DNA of 61,627 bases, the filler included, from Pirum gemmata (Eukaryota): NCBI GenBank assembly GCA_002812295.1. It is 18 parts of 18 records of this genome, joined end to end, with 100 filler letters (N's around TTAATTAATTAA, not from the genome) between each part and the next. Parts side by side here need not be neighbours in the genome. Positions count along the whole stretch, not along the records: positions 36,789 to 39,823 come from PDIN01003768.1; positions 39,924 to 42,912 come from PDIN01003769.1; positions 43,013 to 46,047 come from PDIN01003770.1; positions 46,148 to 49,153 come from PDIN01003771.1; positions 49,254 to 52,253 come from PDIN01003772.1; 13 more parts are not named here. One strand, given 5' to 3'. A program made the position numbers and the translations under genes. Of this stretch, positions 37,884 through 49,761 are shown one piece after another. Position 1 is the first letter of the stretch, and every line of letters starts with the position of its first letter. The notes below the pieces were generated by a model, which was not told where the DNA came from, searched no databases, and saw nothing but the letters and a program-made list of their open reading frames with translations.

Positions 37884-38282
37884 TAGCTAGCGCTAGATAG
37901 CTTAGTGGTATGGGTAGCGGTACTCAAATGTGACAAAATGAGTGTTTGGGTCAGACACGACTCCCTAGCTAGGTACTCAATCTACCTCACATCTAACGCA
38001 CCCAATAGTCCTTACATGGTATAAGCCCAGCGGGAATCGAACTCCTCACAACACTCATTTTTGTCACATTTGAGTACCGCTACCCATACCACTAAGCTAA
38101 CTATTTGAGTACCGCTACCCATACCACTAAGCTATCTAGCGCTAGATAGCTTAGTCTATAAATACAACATAAAAGTCCAAATATCGTTGCCCCAATAACA
38201 ACCAGTTGGGGTTTTCCAATAATTTCTCCACCTGTGAATCAAAAAAAAAGTGGTATGGGTAGCGGTACTCAAATGTGACAGT
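37884..38282. other. Fold-back cluster of four tRNA-like (Pol III promoter) fragments; tRNA pseudogene or SINE head
   Basis: Minus strand 38025-38099 has A box TAGCTTAGTGG and B box GAGTTCGATTCC; partial copies at 37898 (+), 38104 (-) and 38249 (+); no canonical cloverleaf. Confidence 0.55.
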
Positions 38283-39077
38283 CCCAATTCTGCCCAAAAC
38301 TCGAATTTCTGCTGTCAAAACAAAAGTCAAAATTCAGCTCTGTTTGAAAATTGTTTCGGTTTATTAATAAATAAATATATTTGAATACTTAATTGTAAGT
38401 TCAAAAATTTCGAACTTATTTTAAAATTAAAATTAATAAATTGGCTTGAAAACTCGATTTTTAAAAAGAGCAGAAATATATATGTATCCAATTTAGTTAC
38501 TATACCTATAGCCATATTTAAAATTCTATATTAATCATTAACAAAAAAAAATACGCTTATCGAATCATAGTATTTATTATAACGATATATTATTAGACTA
38601 TTATTAGACTTTATTAGTGATTTTCAAGAAATGTTTTTTTTATCATCCATCCATGTCAGGTTTTTGCCAGCCAGATTAAAAGTTGTAAAATAATAATAAT
38701 AATAAAAATAAGTAAATAAATAAAACTGAATTATTTTATTTTTATTTTTATTTATTTTTTAAAAAAAAAAAAATTTTTTTTTCCAGAAACGGAACGAAAA
38801 AAAGGTAAAAAAAGGCTAAAAAGGGTGTAACAACAACAACAAACATTTAAATGACTAACAACTAACAATAAATAACATCTAACAACAATTAAATATAATT
38901 CGCATTCATAGTATTGGAATGTCAATTGTACAATATTTTATTAATTTAAAATGAATAATAATTATTAAAAATTATAATTTTTTATAAATAAACCTAATCC
39001 TAATGCTCATACTTACTCAACCTAGCAGTTCCTAGCCCTAATCCTAACCCTACTTCCAACACTCTTCCAACGATCAC

Positions 39078-39438
39078 CTACACAAGAAGCGAGTAAATCC
39101 CTCTTTTTTTTAAAAAATCAAAAATTTGTTCATTGGAATATAGTATGGGATCATCATGTCCGGCAACAAGTAAATTACCAATTCTTACTTGTTCTTCAAA
39201 AATTGCAAGAAATAAGAACACCGCTTTATTATTAAAGAGTTTATCATTATGTCTATTCAATTTAGTGCTATAACCAAAATATTGTTTTCTTGCATTTTTT
39301 CCCCAGGACTCCAGATTTCTGAACGGATATTTTGTTTTGTAGTATTGTATCCCAGCGGCCATTAGTAAATCATATGTACTTGTTACAACTATTATTTTGT
39401 TCTCAGAAATGTTAGTATACTGATAAAATGACGCTAAC

Positions 39439-39473
<35 letters not shown>

Positions 39474-39705
39474 GGAGGAGGAGGAGGATGAGGAGGAGGA
39501 TGATGGTGATGATGTTTCTTGTCGTTGTCGTTGTCGTTGTCTTTGTCCTTGTCCTTGTCGTTGCCCTTGCCGTTGTCCTTGTTGACGTTCATTTACATTA
39601 TATCTTGTTATAGTTATTGTGCTTGTTATTTCGTTTTCTTTTAAATACTTGTACAATGCATCATATTTTGTGGAAATAAAAGTTTCGTAATACAAAGAAT
39701 TATAA
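39078..39705 (-). CDS. Last exon of an unknown protein with QR and poly-Ser insertions
   Basis: ctag acceptor at 39706; long open frame with complex sequence on both sides of the low-complexity insert. Confidence 0.65.
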
Positions 39706-39932
39706 CTAGACAGCTCTTGTTGTGTTTTGTGTGTGTTTGTGATTAATTGTATTATTGTATTAATATAGATTTTTTGTATTGTTTAAGCTTTTTAATTTGT
39801 ATTTATTTGTTATTGTTATTTTANNNNNNNNNNNNNNNNNNNNNNNNNNNNNNNNNNNNNNNNNNNNTTAATTAATTAANNNNNNNNNNNNNNNNNNNNN
39901 NNNNNNNNNNNNNNNNNNNNNNNAAAAAAAAA

Positions 39933-39963
<31 letters not shown>

Positions 39964-40261
39964 TGTAAAAGTATAAATACAAACTAAAATGCTAATGTGG
40001 GGAAAAAATTATTCCAACTTTTTTTAGTTGAATTTTATCTTGTTTAGAAAAACTATTTTATTATTATTCTGTGTTTGAAAAAAAAAAATCAAAATCAAAA
40101 AAATCAAAAAAAAAACCATCCAATTAAACCTATCACAAAGTAACAAAACAATTACATATATTATTTATTATAACAACTACAATTCGTAATTGTGATTTTT
40201 AATAATAAATACACATATACACATATAAACACCTACAGATAATATAAATACAACAGTAAAC

Positions 40262-42505
40262 ATGGATATTAATAGAATTAATAGTAGTAATAATCTTGAC
40301 ATTATTAAAAGTAATGAGAGTATGAATATAGACGAAAAAGAACACGTGAACCTACCTACTAGTCAAAGTTTAAATGATTTTGACTTGAGTTCATTTTCAG
40401 CTTTATCACCACGTCATACTACATCCATTACTTCATGTTTTGATTTTGAGCACAAAAGAAGAAAAACCGAAGAAGAAGAAGAAGAAGAAGAAGAAAAAGA
40501 AGTTGAACAATTATTAGAACTTCAGTTACTAGCATTTCATCAATCACATTTTTTTCAAAAAACCACACCACAACAATCACAATTAGCAATTACTCATAGT
40601 CAGCAGAAAATAGGACACCAACAAAAAAAACCTATATTTTTACATGAAAATTTACTAAGAATAATTGCTAATCATTTAAGTTTAAAAGATTTGGTTAGGT
40701 TTGCACAAGTTGACAAGTATTGGAGTAAAGTCGCACTTCAAAAATTAAACAACAAAACTGAATTAACTTTATTTGATTGTGTTGGTGACCAACCAATTGA
40801 CCTTGATGAAGTCAGAGATGCCTTCAAAATTTGCCCACAAGTCACCCATATTAATTTCAATCAAGGCACTGAGCAACAATTAAGTCAACTTTCCAAATAT
40901 GATTTTATTGATGAATTAATGAGTGTAGTTTTAAATAGTGGATTCAACTTAAGAACTTGTAACGTTTATAATGATGCTTTACAAGGCGATGTATTGTACC
41001 GACTTGCCATTGAAAACGGTAACCTATGTATGTTAAATTACATGTTGAACGTAGTAAATACTGCCTCACACAGTGAATTATTTCGCGATGGGTTAAGTCC
41101 TCTTTACATTGCAGCTCAAAAAGGACAACCCAAAGTTACTAGTTTATTAGTAGAAAGTGGAGCTTCTGTTAATCAAACAATTTATGGTACATGGACTGCT
41201 GTACACGGTGGTGCCTGGCACGGCAATGTAGATGTTTTGAAATCACTTTATGAAAAGGGTGCTGATTTACAAGCTCGTTTACCTGACCACGCCACACCAT
41301 TATTTATTGCTGCACAAAATGGTCATGTTGATTGTGTTGATTTCTTAATTGGAGCTGGCGTTGATCCTAATTTACAAAAAGCAGACGGCGCGACAGCTTT
41401 ACATATTGCCTCCGAAAAGGGTCATATAGATGTTATTGAATTATTATTAGAAAGAGGGGCTGACTTGTTAATGACTAAAAATGATGGAGCTAGTGCGTTA
41501 TTTATGGCTTCGCAAAGCGGTAACATTGCAGCTTGTCAATTGTTAATAAGTAGAAAGGCTGATGTATCCCAAGCATTAATTGACGGGGCTACTCCTTTAT
41601 TTATTGCTGCCCAAAATGGTTACCAAAATGTTTGTGAGTTTTTATTACAACATCGTGCTGACCCCGATTCACAGTTGAGAGATGGGGCTTCTCCTTTATT
41701 TGTAGCTGCTCAAAATGGACACACTGCAGTTATTGCCACCATATTACGTTACGGAGGTTGTGTTAATATTGAAAAGAGTGATGGGGCTACAGCTCTTCAT
41801 ATTGCTGCTGAAAAAAGACACACAGAGTTAAGTTTATTATTATTAGAACACAATGCTAATCCTAATTTGGTTAAATACGATGGGGCGACAGCTCTTTTTA
41901 TGGCTTGTCAAAGTGGTGATGACGTTTTAGTTAGAGAGTTATTGTGTCTTGGAGCTGACGTTAACCAAACCCTACATGATGGCGCTTCTGCCTTGTTTGT
42001 TGCCTGTCAAAATGGTAGAAATGATATAGTAAGATTATTAATGAGTTCGGATGAAATTAACTTATCCCAGCAAAAATCGGATGGAGCTACATCCCTACAC
42101 ATTGCAGCAGAGAAAGGCTATTTAGAAATAACTGACCGTTTACTTCAAGGTGGTATTAGTGTAAAAGATCAAAAGAATGATGGGGCTAGTGCTTTGTTTA
42201 TGGCTTGTCAAAATGGTAATTTAGAAATTGTTGAGCATTTAATTAAATACGGCGCGGAGGTTGATCAACCCTTACACGACGGCGCTACGTCTTTGTTTGT
42301 TGCTGTTCAAAATCGTCATATTGGAGTTATTGATACTTTGCTGAATAGTGGAGCTAATCCATTTCTTAAAAAGGATGACGGAACAACTGTTGATGATATA
42401 GCTCAAGCTTTTTGTTGTGAGACAGTGGTGATGTTGTTACAATCTGCATGTCATCGTTGGAGGTTACGACATCTTATTAATTTAAGAGATAACTCTCGAA
42501 ACTAA
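40262..42505 (+). CDS. F-box and ankyrin-repeat protein (747 aa, intronless)
   Basis: F-box-like LHENLLRIIANHLSLKDLVRFAQVDKYWSKVA; about 14 ankyrin repeats of the DGATPLFIAAQNGH type. Confidence 0.92.
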   Translation: MDINRINSSNNLDIIKSNESMNIDEKEHVNLPTSQSLNDFDLSSFSALSPRHTTSITSCFDFEHKRRKTEEEEEEEEEKEVEQLLELQLLAFHQSHFFQKTTPQQSQLAITHSQQKIGHQQKKPIFLHENLLRIIANHLSLKDLVRFAQVDKYWSKVALQKLNNKTELTLFDCVGDQPIDLDEVRDAFKICPQVTHINFNQGTEQQLSQLSKYDFIDELMSVVLNSGFNLRTCNVYNDALQGDVLYRLAIENGNLCMLNYMLNVVNTASHSELFRDGLSPLYIAAQKGQPKVTSLLVESGASVNQTIYGTWTAVHGGAWHGNVDVLKSLYEKGADLQARLPDHATPLFIAAQNGHVDCVDFLIGAGVDPNLQKADGATALHIASEKGHIDVIELLLERGADLLMTKNDGASALFMASQSGNIAACQLLISRKADVSQALIDGATPLFIAAQNGYQNVCEFLLQHRADPDSQLRDGASPLFVAAQNGHTAVIATILRYGGCVNIEKSDGATALHIAAEKRHTELSLLLLEHNANPNLVKYDGATALFMACQSGDDVLVRELLCLGADVNQTLHDGASALFVACQNGRNDIVRLLMSSDEINLSQQKSDGATSLHIAAEKGYLEITDRLLQGGISVKDQKNDGASALFMACQNGNLEIVEHLIKYGAEVDQPLHDGATSLFVAVQNRHIGVIDTLLNSGANPFLKKDDGTTVDDIAQAFCCETVVMLLQSACHRWRLRHLINLRDNSRN

Positions 42506-42596
42506 ATAATAATAATAATAATAATAATAATCATTAATATTAATAAAAATTAATCTTGTGTTTAAAAAAATATATATTTATTTTATTTGTTGAATT

Positions 42597-42888
42597 TTAG
42601 TAATATGTATTTTGATGATCAATACTGTAACATTTGATCTTTGTTAACTTACCTCTATTATTCCAAGCACAAGTAAAATAATTATCAACCGATGACCTAC
42701 TACCAAGGATTGTAATCAAAGCATAAAGTGTTTGGTCTTGAAAATCATTCTTTACAATAAAAATAATTAAATTCATAAATTTACTTCTTTTTTCAGGATC
42801 TTTTACGAACATTTTTTGTAAAGTATTTTGTAATTTTGTTTCAACAGTTTCCTTTGTGACACCAGTAACACCATTTATGACATTCTCT
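42597..42888 (-). CDS. Last exon of an unknown gene convergent with the ankyrin gene
   Basis: gcag acceptor; open ENVINGVTGVTKETVETKLQNTLQKMFVKDP...NTYY*. Confidence 0.5.
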
Positions 42889-44428
42889 CTGCTTTTATTT
42901 ATTATTATTATTNNNNNNNNNNNNNNNNNNNNNNNNNNNNNNNNNNNNNNNNNNNNTTAATTAATTAANNNNNNNNNNNNNNNNNNNNNNNNNNNNNNNN
43001 NNNNNNNNNNNNTTTTTCAAAATCATCGTTAAATTACATAATTCAAATTAAAAGTCCTAAAAATAATTTCAAAATTTGGTGCGATACCAAGTATCAATAC
43101 AGGTATTATACTAAAGTTTCTTCTTTTAGATTTTCAGTCTTCATTTTTTACTATTTTTTACTATTTTTTACTATTTTTTACTATTTTTTACTATTTTTTA
43201 CTATTTTTACTATTTTTCACCATATTTAGTAATATAAAAACCATAAGACTTTGAAATCCTATTTTTTAAAAGACACGTGACCTGAGTACACCTGGATTTC
43301 TTTTTTTTAATTTAAACCTCATAGATATGATAATATAAGAAATGATTATATATCGATAGGATTTAGAGTGGATTCTCTCAATTCTGCTCTGTTTAAAAAT
43401 CGAGATTTCGAGTCTATGTATTAATTAATAAGTTCGAAACGTTCAAGCTTACGATTAAATATTCAAATATATTTATTTATTAATAAACCCGAAAAATACG
43501 AAAAAAAAATATTTTTCGAACGGAGCTGAATTATGGCTTTTTTTGACAGCAGAAATTCGAGTTTTCAGGTTTGAGCAGAATTGGGACTCTTGGGAGAGGC
43601 CTAAATAGAATTCAACTTTTCTATCGTAGGCCTGGGGTTGGGCTGACCCTAGCTAGCTACTAGGTCTACTAGTCTAGACTACGAAGTTGATAGTGGGGGT
43701 TGACACTTGACAGTGGGTTGACAGAGGTTGATCATACCATGTGGAATGGATGATGGGCAGCAGTGGATAATGTGGGTCATGGTAGACTTTTGCAGCTAAT
43801 CGTCGTGGGAGACTAACAGTCATCCACCCACATCAACCAATAAAATAAAATGGCTAAAACATGGGGATAAAGTTATTTTTTTTTTATTTTTCAAGTATTT
43901 TATTTTTTATTTTTGATTATTTTTTTTTTTTTTGATTTTTTTTTTTATTTTTTTTAATTTTTAAAATAGCTACACTGGAAATCAATTTTTTTAGACTTCT
44001 TTTCTAAAAGTCTTTAACAATAACTAGCCGAATTATTTTTAAAAACTAGCTATTGGTTCATATAATAGAGTTTAATAGTTAAACAATTTCTCAGATTTGG
44101 TAGTACTTTAATTAAAATTGGATTATTTTGAGATTATTTGGATTTTTAGTTCCTATGGCGGATGTCGCCATTTTTATCCTGCTTGGTAGTTTAAAATAAT
44201 AATAATAATAATAATAATAAAGGGATAAAATAGTCATCTTGAATCATTGATAAAATCATACAGAAAGCTAAAAGCTAATATAATTAAAAACAAATTTAAA
44301 AACAATACATATTATTGTATATATTATTAATATAATAATTATATATATTAAAAATAAAAGATCGTTCCGTTATCCTAAGCAATACGATTCTACGAACCAT
44401 TGAAATGTATTTTATATGTTAATTAATT

Positions 44429-44623
44429 TTAGTTTTCTTCACACATTCTCAACACAATTCTACCATTGATACCTTTTCTTAATTCTTCTACAATAGTGTT
44501 AATTTCACATAATAGTCTTTCTTGAAAAGTACATTCAATATTAATACCAAAATCAGCAGCAATGATTTAAAGCTTCATTCAATTCTTGTACAGTGCCACT
44601 AATGGATCCACTGCTGTGTATGT
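44429..44623 (-). pseudogene. Zinc-type (MDR) alcohol dehydrogenase C-terminal fragment with one frameshift
   Basis: GSISGTVQELNEALN / IAADFG...ERLLCEINTIVEELRKGINGRIVLRM resembles the GSI.GT..DL.EAL...L.EIN....GRIVL end of AdhP-type enzymes. Confidence 0.7.
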
Positions 44624-44904
44624 CAATTTTTTTATTAAAATAATTTTTAATAATATTAATAAGTTAACCAAGGATTAAGAAAAATATTAAGAAACCTTGG
44701 ATTAATTTAACTAAATGATTACAACAAACGATAATAATAATGATAGTGGTAATTATATTATGATTAGTTTTATCCTCTGTTACAAAAATAAGAATACTAA
44801 TAATCATTAATATTATGCCAATGCAAACAATAATTAAGCAACAACAACAAGCAGCAACAACAAAATGTAGTGTAATAACTATTTATTATTTTAAAATGAT
44901 ATTA

Positions 44905-45060
44905 TCGTGCTTTTCAGTTATTTTGTCGTCATAAAATATACAATAAATAGTATTTAATTTGGTATATTTTATTATATATTTATTTAGTTAAAAGTATCAA
45001 TTTAAATATTATAAACAACCAAATAAATATTCGGAGTGACAAAATAAATGAAAAGCACAA
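44905..45060. mobile_element. MITE family C reference copy; more at about 9555, 10728, 46950-47135, 47739 and 48211-48385
   Basis: TA|TCGTGCTTTTCAGTTATTTTGTC...GACAAAATAAATGAAAAGCACAA|TA. Confidence 0.85.
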
Positions 45061-45467
45061 TATATAATATTTTATACTATTACAGTATCGATACCAGTAC
45101 TATACCACTATACCAGTACAATATCATAATATTATTATGATAATTATGTCATATTACAACTTGCATATTATTATAAAAATACCAAAAATAATTTCAAAAA
45201 CAAAATTTGATGATGTGGAAAAATCACTCGTCACCGAGAAAGGACTGGGAAAAGCATGACTCAGAGCAAGGAGTAGAGCAACAACAAAAAAAAGGCAAGT
45301 AAAAAAGGTAAAAAACAGTAAAAACTAAAAATAAAAATTTCTAGTTCAATGTGGCCACCTAAATCGATTTATATTATCATACAAAATCACTTTTTCAAAA
45401 AAAAAATCAGTCCCAAATCGCGCTAGCTGGTCCCAGCTAGCTAGCTTGTAGTAATATTTTAAAAAAT

Positions 45468-45835
45468 AGTAATAGTAATAATATTATAATAGTAATATTA
45501 GTACTAGTAATAATAATAATAATAGTAATAGTAATAGTAAAATAGTAATAGTATTAATTAACAATAGTAATAGTAAGTAATAGTAATAGTAATAGTAATA
45601 GTAATAGTAATAGTAATAGTAATAGTAATAGTAATAGTAATAGTAATAGTAATAGTAATAGTAATATTAATTAATNNNNNNNNNNNNNNNNNNNNNNNNN
45701 NNNNNNNNNNNNNNNNNNNNNNNAGTAATAGTAATAGTAATAGTAATAGTAATAGTAATAATAATAATAATAGTAATAGTAATAGTAATAGTAATAGTAA
45801 TAGTAATAGTAATAGTAATAGTAATATTAGTAATA
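45468..45835. repeat. (TAATAG)n microsatellite
   Basis: Directly visible, spans an N gap. Confidence 0.95.
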
Positions 45836-46518
45836 TATAGTGATATATGCATTTCGTTCAGTACCAGTAGAGTTTGTCAGAGTATCATTATCATTATGAT
45901 ACTCAAAATGTGTTTTGTGCTACCCGGTAGTTGTTTTCTGTCTGTTTCCTGTTTGACTCGTCCCTCCTTTTTTAGTCTACAAGCTAAGCTACTAGCTACT
46001 GATTTTTTTTTTATCATAGTTTTTTTCTTGAGTTTTTTTTTTTTTTTNNNNNNNNNNNNNNNNNNNNNNNNNNNNNNNNNNNNNNNNNNNNTTAATTAAT
46101 TAANNNNNNNNNNNNNNNNNNNNNNNNNNNNNNNNNNNNNNNNNNNNAATTAAGGTTATGATTATGGCTATGGTTATGGTTATGATTATGGTCATGGTTA
46201 TGGTTATGGTTATGGTTATGGTTATGGTTATGGTTATGGTTATGGTGATGGTGATGGTGATGGTTATGGTTATGGTTATGGTTATGGTTAAGGTTATGAT
46301 TATGGCTATGGTTATGAATATGATTATGGATATGATTATGGTTTTGGTTATGGTATAGGCAAGTTACAAGCTCTGCATCTATAGACTACAACATTTTTTT
46401 AAAACTTATCATCATCTTGCTATTATTATTACTTTATTAGCATCAACTTGGCATTAAAGTTTGATCAAACCTATCACAGACTGGCCTACTATCATAGTAG
46501 ATCGGGGAAGAACAGGCT

Positions 46519-46776
46519 AGTAGGGGTGAGACACTGAGAATCCCCATGAGATATCTACTGGAACTTTTTTCGAACAGATGCTTATCGAACCAATCTTAGT
46601 TCCGTGTTTCTTACTAATAATAGTAGTAGTTAAATAGTTTAAAAAATAGTAAATCTAATTATAGTAGATACCAATTAAAGTAAAAATATTAACATTAATA
46701 GCAATAAAAACCATAAAACCGGAAAAGTTCTGGCAGCTGTTCGGTAATACTAAAATGACGTCATCTCACCCCTACT
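46519..46776. mobile_element. MITE family A copy with a small insertion after the left TIR
   Basis: AGTAGGGGTGAGA...ATCTCACCCCTACT; directly abuts a family B copy; no TSD retained. Confidence 0.85.
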
Positions 46777-47146
46777 TCCCAATTCTGCTTTGTTTATAAA
46801 AAATCGAATTTACGAGCCTATGCGTTAATTAAATAAGTTCGAACATTTTAAAAATATAAACCCGAAAAAATGCAGAAATTCGAGTTTTCGGGGAGAGGCT
46901 TAGATCGGGAAAGTTTGGGGATCTATCATAATATTATATCCTATATGATATCGTGCATTTCATTTATTTTGTCACTCCGAATATTTATTTGGAGGGTTAT
47001 AATCTTTAAATTGACAATTTTAAATCAATATACAGATAATAAAATATGCCAAATTAGATTAAATGAATTTAAATTATATTAATTTGGTACTATTTATTTT
47101 ATACTTTATAATGACAAAACAACTGAAAAGTACTATATCATAGAAA

Positions 47147-47522
47147 GGGTTAGGGCTAGCTAGCTAGCTAGGGTTAGGGAGAAACTGTTAGGGAACTGTT
47201 ATTAATTAGGGTTAGGGACTGTTAGGGTTAGGGTTAGGGTTAGGGTTAGGGTTAGGGTTAGGGTTAGGGTTAGGGTTAGGGTTAGGGTTAGGGTTAGGGT
47301 TNNNNNNNNNNNNNNNNNNNNNNNNNNNNNNNNNNNNNNNNNNNNNNNNNNNNNNNNNNNNNNNNNNNNNNNNNNNNNNNNNNNNNNNNNNNNNNNNNNN
47401 NNNNNNNNNNNNNNNNNGTTAGGGTTAGGGTTAGGGTTAGGGTTAGGGTTAGGGTTAGGGTTAGGGTTAGGGTTAGGGTTAAGAATAAGGTTAGCAGGGT
47501 TAGTGTTAGGGTTAGGGTTAAC
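47147..47522 (+). repeat. (TTAGGG)n array spanning an N gap, with unique sequence on both sides
   Basis: Directly visible. Confidence 0.9.
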
Positions 47523-48468
47523 TAAAAACACAATAATTATCATATAGTTAGTTTAGTGCTGTTTAGTTTATTATGCATGCCAAAGTATACAAATTACTAC
47601 TAAATTACTCTATCTACAATCAATTCGTCACCAACATCCAATATCAGGCAAACCAATAATAAATGATAGAGCCATTTTGAAGTTTGAAGTTTGAGTAAGG
47701 GTTCTAGGACTATTATTTTAAAAAAACACAGAAGATTATCGTGCTTTTCATTTATTCTGAATATTTATTTGGAGGATTATAATCTTTGAATTGGCATTTT
47801 TTTAAAAAAAAAATACATAGATAATAAAATATATTAAAAATGTATTTAGACTATTGTTATGTACGCCAGGAATGATACGATAGCAAATTTCATTATTATT
47901 ATTACTATTATTATTATTTATATTTATTTATTTATTTATTTATTTACATCAGCAACATTCATTATTATTACTATTATTATTATTTATGTATTTATTCTTT
48001 TATTTATTTACATCAGCATCTGGTTCACATGGGCGGGGGAACTTTTACAATAGGTGATCACCGGGGGGAACTTTTACAATAGGTGATCACAAGCAAAGCA
48101 CAACTTCATAATCATGAGTTATGGCTGATCTACTAGGGCTGATGTATATATAAAGGAATGCAATAGCAGCCAATTGGAGTCTACCAAATGGTAATAGATT
48201 CTAGTTATTATCGTGCTTTTCAGTTGTAAAATATACAATAAATAGTACCAAATTTGTACCATATAAATCCATTTCGCTTAATCTGGTATATTTTACTATC
48301 TATTTATTCATTTAAAAACATCAAATCAAATATTATAACCAACCAAAAAAATATTCAGAGTGGCAAAATAAATGAAAAGTATAATATAAATTTTTTTTAA
48401 AAAAAATCTTTTATGGTGCATTGCGTCTAAGAATCCCCAACTTTTTGGGACATAGTAATAATAACATT

Positions 48469-48704
48469 AGTAGGGGTGTGATGACGTCATTTTATTATTA
48501 TCGAACAGCTGCCGGAACTTTTCCGATTTTATGGTTTTATTACTATTAATATTAATATTGTTACTTTAATTGGTATCTAGTATAATTATATTTACTATTT
48601 TAAGTTATTTAACTGCTATTGTTAGTAAGAAACACGGAACTAAGGTTGGTTCGATAAGCATCTGTTCGAAAAAAGTTCCAGTAGATAGATATCTCACCCC
48701 TACT
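48469..48704. mobile_element. MITE family A, inverted copy
   Basis: AGTAGGGGTGTGAT...ATCTCACCCCTACT; degenerate 8-bp flanks ataacatt / ataataat. Confidence 0.85.
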
Positions 48705-49118
48705 ATAATAATTCTATTTTGCATATATAAATTTAGTGTGTTCGACATGTTCGAGCCGCCAGAAAAAAATTGACTACTAATTTTTTTTATAAGTCTTTTC
48801 AAAGTTGGTAAAATTTAATGCTGGACGCACTGAACCGTATTATAATAAAATTTATCTAGTAAAATTATGACTAACCTAACAGTCCCTAACACTAACCCTA
48901 ACCCCAACCAACCCTGACCCTAACCCTGACCCTAACTAACCCTAACTAACCCTAACCCTAGCCCCAGACCCTAATAATAAACGATTTACGTGCAATTTCT
49001 CTGTGAACGTAAATTGTTTATTATTGGTTTTAATTATTCGAGTGTCATCTCTCTGGGGTAGGGTTAGGAGTCTGCCAAATGGTAATATATTCTAGTTATT
49101 ATTTATAAAATTTATTCT

Positions 49119-49153
<35 letters not shown>

Positions 49154-49489
49154 NNNNNNNNNNNNNNNNNNNNNNNNNNNNNNNNNNNNNNNNNNNNTTA
49201 ATTAATTAANNNNNNNNNNNNNNNNNNNNNNNNNNNNNNNNNNNNNNNNNNNNCCCTAACCCTAACCCTAACCCTAACCCTAACCCTATACACTTTTAAA
49301 CAGTACCAAATTAAAGATTAATAAGAGGATAACTGTAATGAAATAGACGATAGTAGTGTTTTTTTTCGTGGAGTCTTTGTACTACTAACAAACTACCGCT
49401 TAGTACTAGCTAGAATACTACTACTAAAGCTAGCTAGCCTAGCTGTAGTAATCTTGTCTCCTGGCGGACGAAAAAAAGTAGTCTAAAAG

Positions 49490-49720
49490 AGTAGGGGTGA
49501 GATATCTACTGGAACTTTTTTCGAACAGATGCTTATCGAGCCAACCTTAGTTCCGTGTTTCTTACTAATAATAGCAGTTAAATAGTTTAAAATAGTANAA
49601 ATCTAATAAAGTAGATACTTATTAAAGTAATTAGATTAACATTAATAGTAAAACCATAAAAATCGGAAAAGTTCCGGAAGCTGTTCGGTAATAATAAAAT
49701 GACGTCATCTCACCCCTACT
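49490..49720. mobile_element. MITE family A (8-bp TSD, hAT-like)
   Basis: 14-bp TIR AGTAGGGGTGAGAT; TSD tctaaaag at 49482-49489 and 49721-49728. Confidence 0.92.
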
Positions 49721-49761
49721 TCTAAAAGTTGGATTTTGCAAAATCCAAGGAAAAAGTTTTT

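Noticed and set aside
38025..38099. Functional tRNA gene
   Set aside because: A and B boxes are present, but the acceptor and anticodon stems do not pair canonically and the anticodon cannot be assigned.
9774..48802. ORFs 9774-10199, 10831-11016, 17710-18012, 23793-24083, 38327-38515, 46870-47082, 48570-48802
   Set aside because: They overlap non-coding MITE copies and show no transposase motifs.
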